DNA of 64,000 nucleotides from Acidimicrobiia bacterium. Its GTDB lineage: Bacteria; Actinomycetota; Acidimicrobiia; Spongiisociales; Spongiisociaceae. This document shows positions 57,380 through 64,000 of this stretch, piece after piece. A program made the translations under genes and the position numbers. The stretch spans positions 2,833,388 through 2,897,387 of the forward strand of contig OZ246890.1 in NCBI GenBank assembly GCA_965231815.1, given 5' to 3'. The notes beneath the pieces were generated by a model. That model ran no database searches, had not been told where the DNA came from, and saw only the letters and a list, made by a program, of their open reading frames with translations. Position 1 is the stretch's first letter; each line of letters opens with the position of its first letter.

Positions 57380-58933
57380 GTGGATACACGCCGCCGTTGG
57401 TGGGCACGGGTCGGGTCTCGGTCGGTGCCTTACTTGGCCGCCTTGACGATCTTTTGTGCCTCTTTGCAGGTTGGCATACCCGCGGGCGCGTCTCAGGGTT
57501 TCTGGGATATCGGAAGAGCCCGCTTCCATACTCCTGCGGTTTCTATTCTCGACCACATAGGCATCATCGACGGTACCGAGTGTGACGAGGGTCGTTTCTG
57601 TCCTGACGGTTTCATGAACCGATGGGTGATGGCGGTATGGATCTACCGGGCTCTCGATCTTGATGAGCCTGAAGAGGAAGAGAGCGGCACCTTTTCCGAT
57701 GTGGGCGGCTCCTGGTGGTCCGGCCATGTGAACCGGCTGACGGAATCGGGAGTAACGGTGGGCTGCGACGAGGGCTCGACCATGTATTGCCCGTACCGGG
57801 TGGTGACACGTGGGCAGATGGCGAGTTTCCTGGTCCGGGCATTCGACATCCCATCGGCTGACAGTTCGATTTTCACCGACACAGATGGGGACGTTCACGC
57901 GGAGAATATCGAAGCTCTTGCAGCCCACGGGATAACCGGAGGCTGCGCCACCGACCCGGACCGCTACTGTCCGAACGCACCGGTTACCCGAGGTCAGATG
58001 GCGACCATGCTGGCCAGGGTACTGGGTTTGGTACCCCCGGCTCGGTTCAGCGACGCGGTGGAGACGTATTCTATCGGTCACCTAGTGTCGCAGTTCACCA
58101 CCTACTATCGATGTTGCCAGAACAGGGTGGTCAACATCCATCGCTTCGCGGACAAACTGACCGGCGCGGTGGTTGCTCCTAAGGAGAGCTTCAGCCTCAA
58201 TCGATACATAGGTAGACGAACCAGTGCGGACGGGTTCCGCGCCGCCGGTACCCTGATAAGAGGCAGGCTGGTCAACACGGTCGGCGGTGGGGTGAGCCAG
58301 GCAGCCACCACCTTTTACAACGCGATGTTCTGGGGAGGGTATCAATCGGTATCCCATAAGCCTCACAGCATCTACTTCCCCCGCTACCCCGAAGGTATCG
58401 AAGCCACCATTAACTGGCCGGATATAGATCTGGTGTTCCGCAATGACACTTCCGATCACATTCTGATCGTGGCTAGCTACACCCCAACGTCGCTAACCAT
58501 CGCGTTCTACGGAAACAACGATGGACGGGTATTGGTGGGGGATTGGGAGGACGGGGAAGGCGCCATGACGGTGGTGTCGGAAGGAGGGGCCGGGGCGCGG
58601 GTCGTGGGCGCAACGGTGTCGGAGCGTTACCGCTGGCGATCTCCACCTGCGCCGCTCGTACTCACGGATGCCAACCTGGGGTTCGATGAGCGGAGGGTGG
58701 TCCAGACGGCTCAGGTAGGTTGGTCGGTCAAGGTCACTCGCACGGTCGAAGTACGGGGGAGCGCGTCGACGCAGGACTGGACCGTTCGGTACGTGCCGAG
58801 GCAGAGGATTGTGGTGGTTCATCCCTGTACCTTGACGGATTCCTGTACGGTTCCCGATGAGGAAGGTACCGTGGAAGAGGAAGACCCGGTACCGGAAGAG
58901 GTAGGGGAGGAGTTACCGGTCTCGCCGATCTGA
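57380..58933 (+). CDS. secreted protein with 3 SLH-like domains and a VanW domain
   Basis: Signal peptide. Three SLH-like repeats with a GC...YCP insert (WSGHVNRLTESGVTVGCDEGSTMYCPYRVVTRGQMASFLVRAF). VanW core (GGGVSQAATTFYNAMFWGGY). Confidence 0.65.
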   Translation: MDTRRRWWARVGSRSVPYLAALTIFCASLQVGIPAGASQGFWDIGRARFHTPAVSILDHIGIIDGTECDEGRFCPDGFMNRWVMAVWIYRALDLDEPEEEESGTFSDVGGSWWSGHVNRLTESGVTVGCDEGSTMYCPYRVVTRGQMASFLVRAFDIPSADSSIFTDTDGDVHAENIEALAAHGITGGCATDPDRYCPNAPVTRGQMATMLARVLGLVPPARFSDAVETYSIGHLVSQFTTYYRCCQNRVVNIHRFADKLTGAVVAPKESFSLNRYIGRRTSADGFRAAGTLIRGRLVNTVGGGVSQAATTFYNAMFWGGYQSVSHKPHSIYFPRYPEGIEATINWPDIDLVFRNDTSDHILIVASYTPTSLTIAFYGNNDGRVLVGDWEDGEGAMTVVSEGGAGARVVGATVSERYRWRSPPAPLVLTDANLGFDERRVVQTAQVGWSVKVTRTVEVRGSASTQDWTVRYVPRQRIVVVHPCTLTDSCTVPDEEGTVEEEDPVPEEVGEELPVSPI

Positions 58934-59019
58934 CCGGCTTGGGGAAAGTCATCGGACGGAGGATTCGCTTCCGGCATTGCCGGTCAACCTCGTTCGATCC
59001 CCCCGGTAGACTGTCGTGC

Positions 59020-60369
59020 ATGACCTCCCGCTCGGCCCCATCGGTTCACATCACCACCTTGGGATGCTCGAAGAACCAGGTCGACTCGGAAAAGATCACA
59101 GCCTTACTCACACAGGCGGGCTACCGGACAGCAGGATCCGGTGACGAGGCGGATGTGGTGATGGTCAACACCTGCGCCTTCGTTGAAGCGGCTCGCCGCG
59201 AATCGGTCGAGACGATCCTCGATGTTGAACAGTCCAAGGCTGACGACAGTCGGCTGGTGGTGATCGGATGCATGGCCCAGCGCTACGGGTCGGAGCTCGA
59301 GGATTCTCTGGACGGAGTAGACGCAGTGGTCGGTCTCGACCGGTACGGCGAGATGGTAACCGTGCTCGACTCGATAACCGACTGGGTTCCGGTTCGTCTC
59401 GGTCCCAGGCCGCCTGCCATGGATCTGCTGCACCTTGTGGACCGTCCGGCGCCTGACCTGCCGTATGCCTACGTCAAAGTTGCGGAGGGTTGTGACAAGA
59501 CATGCGCCTTCTGTGCCATCCCTCTAATCCGGGGAAAGCAGCGGTCCCGCCGTCCGACCGATATCCGCGAGGAGATCGCTCGCCTCAGCGCAGGCGGTGT
59601 GTCGGAGGTGATACTGGTAGCTCAGGACCTGGCTGCATACGGACGGGATATCGGGGTGAGGAGAGACGAGACGATTGTCGACCTGCTGCGTTTCGTCTCA
59701 GACGTGGAAGGGTTGGCCAGGTTACGGTTGCTGTACCTTTACCCCACCGAGATTCGGCCTGCTCTTATCGAGGAAATGGCATCGAATCCCAGACTGGCGC
59801 CCTACTTCGATCTAAGCCTCCAGCATGCCTCCCGGACTCTTTTGCGTTCGATGCGGAGACCCGGCAGCACAACCAGCCATCTACGCCTGATCGATCGGAT
59901 ACGGCAGGCCGAACCTGAGGCAGCCCTCCGATCCTCCTTCGTAGTGGGTTTCCCCGGCGAAACCGATGATGACGTGGACGAACTACTGGATTTCTTGTCG
60001 GCTGCGCAGCTCGATTGGGCCGGGTTCTTCCCGTATTCACCCGAGGATGGCACGAGGGCCTTCGATCTGTCCGGACGAATCGGCCGTGACGAGATCTCCG
60101 AGCGGGTGAGGGAACTGACCAGAGCGCAGGACGAGATAACCGCCCGCCGCAACTCCGAGCAGGTCGGCAAGGTGTTCGATGTCTTGATCGACCAGGTGGA
60201 GGACGGTATCCCCGTCGGGAGGTCCTACCGTGAAGCACCCGATATCGACGGCATGATATGTCTTGACGAGGGTTCGCCCGGCATGTGGATGGAGGTTGAG
60301 ATTACCGGGAGCTACGAGACGGATCTGGTGGCGCGTTCGCTGGCCCGAGTCGGTACCCCGGAACCCTAG
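59020..60369 (+). CDS. rimO: ribosomal protein S12 methylthiotransferase RimO (radical SAM, MTTase family)
   Basis: MTTase N-domain (ITTLGCSKNQVDSE), radical-SAM CxxxCxxC (EGCDKTCAFCAIP), and a TRAM domain at the C-terminus. Confidence 0.75.
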   Translation: MTSRSAPSVHITTLGCSKNQVDSEKITALLTQAGYRTAGSGDEADVVMVNTCAFVEAARRESVETILDVEQSKADDSRLVVIGCMAQRYGSELEDSLDGVDAVVGLDRYGEMVTVLDSITDWVPVRLGPRPPAMDLLHLVDRPAPDLPYAYVKVAEGCDKTCAFCAIPLIRGKQRSRRPTDIREEIARLSAGGVSEVILVAQDLAAYGRDIGVRRDETIVDLLRFVSDVEGLARLRLLYLYPTEIRPALIEEMASNPRLAPYFDLSLQHASRTLLRSMRRPGSTTSHLRLIDRIRQAEPEAALRSSFVVGFPGETDDDVDELLDFLSAAQLDWAGFFPYSPEDGTRAFDLSGRIGRDEISERVRELTRAQDEITARRNSEQVGKVFDVLIDQVEDGIPVGRSYREAPDIDGMICLDEGSPGMWMEVEITGSYETDLVARSLARVGTPEP

Positions 60370-60385
60370 CCGAGGGGAGTGGCGG

Positions 60386-61639
60386 GTGATCGTCGAAGTG
60401 GTAGCGGTCGGTACCGAGTTGTTGCTCGGGCAGATCGTCAACACCAATGCCTCCTACCTGGGCGGACGGTTGGCGGAGTTGGGCCTTGATGCCCACTACC
60501 AGGTGGTGGTAGGGGACAATCACGATCGTATGGTTGACACCATCCGGACGGCCATGCGCAGATCCGACGCGGTGATAATCACCGGTGGCCTCGGACCTAC
60601 CCAGGACGACATAACTCGGGAGGCTCTATGTGCGGCAACGGGACGGGACATGCTGTACAGCGAGACGCACGCCGCAAGGTTAAGGGCCTTCTGGGACAGG
60701 CTGGGTAGGGAGTTCCCGGAGAGCAACCTCTGCCAGGCGCAGTATCCCGAAGGTTCGGAGCAGCTGGACAATCCCCGAGGTACCGCGCCCGGTTTGTTCC
60801 TTGACCACCTGGGCACCCTTGTTTTCTCTCTACCCGGGGTTCCGGCCGAGCTTTACCAGATGATCGAAGACCACGTTGTGCCCCGTCTCCGGCAGGGTAT
60901 CGGGGGTGATCAGGTCCTCGTAAGTAGGGTGCTGCGCACCTGGGGACTGGGAGAGTCGGCGGTGGCCGACCTGCTTGATGATCTATATCACACAGGCGTG
61001 AACCCCTCCATGGCGTTTCTCGCCTCAGCCGGAGAAGTCAAGGTTCGTCTAACCGCCAAGGCCTACACGGCGGCAGAAGCCCGTTCGATGATCGAACCGG
61101 TGGAGCGCGGCGTGCGAGAGCGGCTGGGCGCTGCGGTGTTCGCCACCGATGACCAGACGCTGGAACAGATCATCCTGGACGAACTCCGGGAACGGGGCTG
61201 GACGATCGGAACCGCCGAGTCGGTAACTGCGGGGATGCTGGCTGCCCGCTTGAGCCTCCTGCCCGGATCCTCGCAGGTGTTCCGGGGGAGCTTGGTTACC
61301 TACGCTACCGAACTCAAGCGGAACCTGCTCGGGATAGGGCAGGAGGTGCTCGATACCTACGGGGTGGTGAGCGCCGAGACTGCTACCGCTATGGCTGACC
61401 GAACGGCCGGCATTCTGGAGGTCGATGTGGTGACAGCTCTAACGGGGGTGGCGGGTCCCGATCCCCTCGAGCACCCACCCGGTACGATCTTTATAGCCGT
61501 CCGGACCCCGGACGGGACCCGTTCCCGGTCCCTGCGGATGCCCGGTGACCGCGAACGGGTCCGTGCCTACACCACCACCACCGCCCTCCAGATGACCCGA
61601 CTGGCCATCATCGGTGAGTGGTGGAACGGTGAGCGATAA
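60386..61639 (+). CDS. cinA: competence/damage-inducible protein CinA (MoeA-like N-domain + PncC-like NMN amidohydrolase C-domain)
   Basis: VIVEVVAVGTELLLGQIVNTNASYLG start motif and a C-terminal CinA domain (TAESVTAGMLAA). GTG start chosen. Confidence 0.8.
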   Translation: MIVEVVAVGTELLLGQIVNTNASYLGGRLAELGLDAHYQVVVGDNHDRMVDTIRTAMRRSDAVIITGGLGPTQDDITREALCAATGRDMLYSETHAARLRAFWDRLGREFPESNLCQAQYPEGSEQLDNPRGTAPGLFLDHLGTLVFSLPGVPAELYQMIEDHVVPRLRQGIGGDQVLVSRVLRTWGLGESAVADLLDDLYHTGVNPSMAFLASAGEVKVRLTAKAYTAAEARSMIEPVERGVRERLGAAVFATDDQTLEQIILDELRERGWTIGTAESVTAGMLAARLSLLPGSSQVFRGSLVTYATELKRNLLGIGQEVLDTYGVVSAETATAMADRTAGILEVDVVTALTGVAGPDPLEHPPGTIFIAVRTPDGTRSRSLRMPGDRERVRAYTTTTALQMTRLAIIGEWWNGER

Positions 61640-61683
61640 GAATCCGGGGGAGGTACTTCGTAGCCATTCCGCTACCGGCGGAG

Positions 61684-62193
61684 GTGAGGATGGCGATCGA
61701 CGACTGGCGCCAAGGACTCGACCTGCCGGGCCGGGCCGTTCCGCCGTCGAACCTGCACGTTACGTTGAGATTCGTAGGATCCGCGTCGGTGACCGGCAGG
61801 GACCGCCTGGCGGCCGAGCTTGATACCGCCGAACTGGGCGGCCCGTTCTCCTTTCGGATCGGTGGGCTGGGTGGGTTCCCGAAACTGAGAAAAGCCACCG
61901 TGGCGTGGGCCGCGATCGAGGAGGACGGTGGAAGGGTGACCGATCTGGCAGGGATTGTGGAGGAGGCGGTTGCGTCGGCCGGGTTCGGTTATGAGGATCG
62001 ACCGTTCAAGGCCCACCTCACCCTTGCCAGGATCCGTCCGCCGCGTGACCTACGTCAGCATGCAAACGAGAGGATCGCCCGGATCCGTGTCCGGGTAAAC
62101 GAGGTTGTTCTCTACCGGAGCCGATCTAGGAGTCGCACCGTTGTCTACCACGCCGTGGAACGGTTCCCGCTAGCTCGAGGGGATTCCGGTTAG
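61684..62193 (+). CDS. thpR: RNA 2',3'-cyclic phosphodiesterase (LigT/ThpR, 2H phosphoesterase)
   Basis: Two H-x-T-x motifs (LHVTLRF, AHLTLAR). The conserved family N-terminus (RYFVAIPLPAEVR) is encoded upstream of the first canonical start, in frame. Confidence 0.7.
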   Translation: MRMAIDDWRQGLDLPGRAVPPSNLHVTLRFVGSASVTGRDRLAAELDTAELGGPFSFRIGGLGGFPKLRKATVAWAAIEEDGGRVTDLAGIVEEAVASAGFGYEDRPFKAHLTLARIRPPRDLRQHANERIARIRVRVNEVVLYRSRSRSRTVVYHAVERFPLARGDSG

Positions 62194-62235
62194 GCGTATC
62201 CCCATTAGGTGGGTCGGCGCCCTAAAAGCTGTGAA

Positions 62236-62251
62236 TCGAACGGATGTTCGA
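62236..62251 (+). promoter_or_regulatory. LexA (Cheo/SOS) box TCGAAC-N4-GTTCGA upstream of recA
   Basis: Perfect palindrome TCGAACGGATGTTCGA, 205 nt upstream of the recA start. Confidence 0.7.
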
Positions 62252-62377
62252 CTAACCTCCAAATAGCGATCCAATAGATAACATGGATGTAAGCGGGTGG
62301 TAGTCGGGTGTACACGCCATTCGTTACTTCGATAAAGCGCCCGGAAACAGTACCGAGTGGAAGGAAGTCCACGATTC

Positions 62378-62399
62378 TGTCACAGCCGACTCGTATCTT
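62378..62399 (+). promoter_or_regulatory. RecA-NDp-like (LexA-independent, PafBC-type) promoter motif
   Basis: TGTCACAG-N8-TATCTT matches the actinobacterial tTGTCRgtg-N8-TAnnnT consensus, ~58 nt upstream of the recA ATG. Confidence 0.5.
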
Positions 62400-62456
62400 G
62401 TTCATTAAGGGCACGCAGTTACGAGTTCACCGGCTCGGCGAGATGAAGGAGCAAAC

Positions 62457-63506
62457 ATGAAGCAACGTAAACAGGCGCTTGATACGGCCATGTCGCAAAT
62501 CGAACGGCAATTCGGCAAGGGATCCATCATGAGGTTGGGGGCCAGCCCCCACCAGAAGATCGAACACATACCAACCGGTGCACTGGCGCTTGATCTGGCG
62601 CTTGGTATCGGAGGAGTGCCGAGAGGGCGCATCGTTGAGGTGTACGGACCCGAGTCGAGCGGCAAAACCACCCTGGCCTTGCACGTAGTGGCAGAGGCAC
62701 AACGCAACGGGGGAATAGCCGCATTCGTGGATGCGGAGCATGCCTTGGATCCTGTCTATGCGAAGGCCGTAGGGGTAGACATAGATGAGTTGCTCATCTC
62801 TCAGCCCGATACGGGGGAACAGGCACTGGAGATCACCGATATGCTCATCAGATCGAGCGCTCTCGACGTGGTAGTGATTGATTCGGTGGCCGCGTTGGTA
62901 CCTCGAGCAGAAATCGAAGGAGAAATGGGCGACACCCACGTAGGTCTCCAAGCGAGGTTGATGTCCCAGGCGCTCCGCAAGCTGACCGCCAACATCAACC
63001 GTTCCAAAACCACGGCCATCTTCATCAACCAGCTACGGGAAAAGATCGGCGTGATGTTCGGATCTCCTGAGGTTACGCCGGGCGGGAGAGCGTTGAAGTT
63101 CTACTCCAGCGTCCGTCTGGACATCCGTCGTATCGAGACTATCAAAGACGGGAAAGACCAAGTCGGTAACCGGGTCCGGGTCAAGGTCGCCAAGAACAAA
63201 TTGGCGCCCCCGTTCCGGATGGCCGAGTTCGACATCATGTTCGGACAGGGGATCTCATGGGAAGGCAGCCTGCTTGACGTAGCGGTCAATGCCGGCATCG
63301 TCAGGAAGAGCGGCGCCTGGTATACCTACGAAACCGATCAACTCGGTCAAGGACGCGAAAAAGCGAAACGCTTTCTGAGGGAAAACCCCGGGTTGGCAAT
63401 GCAGCTGCAGGCCAGAGTGTTGAAGGCGGTGGGGATTGCCGACGATGAGGAGCCGGATCAGCAGGGTACCGGCACCAAGCCGGGATCCAGAAAGAAATCT
63501 CGCTGA
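62457..63506 (+). CDS. recA: recombinase RecA
   Basis: Walker [13 protein letters not shown] and the RecA signature ([14 protein letters not shown]); 349 aa; no intein. Confidence 0.95.
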   Translation: MKQRKQALDTAMSQIERQFGKGSIMRLGASPHQKIEHIPTGALALDLALGIGGVPRGRIVEVYGPESSGKTTLALHVVAEAQRNGGIAAFVDAEHALDPVYAKAVGVDIDELLISQPDTGEQALEITDMLIRSSALDVVVIDSVAALVPRAEIEGEMGDTHVGLQARLMSQALRKLTANINRSKTTAIFINQLREKIGVMFGSPEVTPGGRALKFYSSVRLDIRRIETIKDGKDQVGNRVRVKVAKNKLAPPFRMAEFDIMFGQGISWEGSLLDVAVNAGIVRKSGAWYTYETDQLGQGREKAKRFLRENPGLAMQLQARVLKAVGIADDEEPDQQGTGTKPGSRKKSR

Positions 63507-63653
63507 ACGAGGCTCGGTCGGTATTCCATTACCATCCAAGCTCCGGTAACGAGCCGGGCCGCTGCAAATGTGCTGCAAGTTGTATTGTCACGGTAGCGGT
63601 CCGGCACCCTAGCCGGGTGAGTATTCCCAGGATCTGGCGAGGGAGTCGGGCTG

Positions 63654-64000
63654 ATGGCGCGAGACCACAAGAACAATTCGGGGCGGAAGCGGCGCGGTCG
63701 CTCGCCAGGTACACCACCTGCCTCCAGGAAGGGTTCGCCCCGGGGTAAACGCGCGTCATCCGGGCGTTCGACCAGGTCGGATCAGTCCGGGAGGACCGCC
63801 CGAACCAACCGTAGACCATCGGGAGGCTCTCCCGGCGGAAAACCCCGCCGGAGGGCATCAGGGACGGGATCTCGAACCGGAGGGTATTCCACCTCGAAAT
63901 CGGCGCGGCGCGGAAAGAAGCCCGGTGGCCGATCCCGCCCGTATTCCCGTTCCGAGCCGACGAGAAAACCGGATCGGAAAGCTCCACACGCGGGAGCGGG
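63654..64000 (+). CDS. partial ORF (runs off window) encoding an Arg/Ser/Gly-rich N-terminal region; possibly RecX-like regulator with basic extension
   Basis: ATG at 63654, open to the window end. The composition is highly basic and low-complexity, so identity cannot be established from this portion. Confidence 0.2.
   Translation, partial: MARDHKNNSGRKRRGRSPGTPPASRKGSPRGKRASSGRSTRSDQSGRTARTNRRPSGGSPGGKPRRRASGTGSRTGGYSTSKSARRGKKPGGRSRPYSRSEPTRKPDRKAPHAGA

Noticed and set aside
63529-63987. Minus-strand 152-aa ORF downstream of recA
   Set aside because: Antisense to a plus-strand ORF that starts with an ATG and runs off the window. Composition suggests it is a shadow frame. Neither can be assigned confidently, so only the plus-strand partial ORF is listed, at low confidence.

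Overview
This is a high-GC (~65%) stretch of bacterial chromosome. Gene content and the recA control region (a Cheo-type LexA box plus a RecA-NDp-like promoter) point to Actinomycetota, possibly a deep-branching class. The window has six main parts.

(1) 45-7454: a plus-strand operon that looks like an uncharacterised bacterial microcompartment (metabolosome) locus. It encodes an aldehyde dehydrogenase carrying a fused EutQ-type N-terminal domain, one BMC-H, one BMC-P and one tandem BMC-T-like shell protein. It also encodes a second protein with the same EutQ-type N-terminal domain, a Gfo/Idh/MocA oxidoreductase, an SDR and two hypothetical proteins. No known signature enzyme, PduL/Pta or alcohol dehydrogenase is visible.

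(2) 7.4-19.1 kb: a serine hydrolase and two ABC importers. One is an SsuA/NMT1-type binding protein with two permeases. The other is Pot-like, with a CocE/NonD hydrolase embedded in it.

(3) 19.3-34.5 kb: housekeeping genes. These are a flavin reductase, a TlpA-like redoxin, aconitase, Mrp/ApbC, a ROK glucokinase, SulP, and fabD-fabH-fabG-acpP-fabF. A frameshifted orphan N4/N6 DNA methyltransferase sits in this stretch.

(4) 34.8-45.7 kb: a decayed accessory or defence island. It is bracketed by two copies of a ~118-bp structured repeat. It holds VapBC, a DUF433/DUF5615 pair and a NUDIX gene. It also holds a Type ISP-like nuclease-helicase-methyltransferase gene that is heavily disrupted. The disruptions are an in-frame amber codon, at least three frameshifts, a (GGTC)14 tetranucleotide tract and three degenerate ~114-nt coding repeats. 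An IS110 transposase remnant and a molybdopterin-dehydrogenase fragment complete the island.

(5) 50.9-58.9 kb: a cell-surface cluster. It has two tandem paralogous Thr-rich secreted proteins, a ~1000-aa metzincin-SLH-FN3-Calx-beta protein, an archaeal-type GAPDH-like gene and an SLH-VanW protein.

(6) 59-64 kb: rimO-cinA-thpR-recA.

A CTAG-terminated MITE-like element of ~215 bp with ~19-bp terminal inverted repeats occurs three times: a truncated copy at 6308, a full copy between fabD and fabH, and a full copy at 45121-45330. No rRNA, tRNA or CRISPR array was seen.
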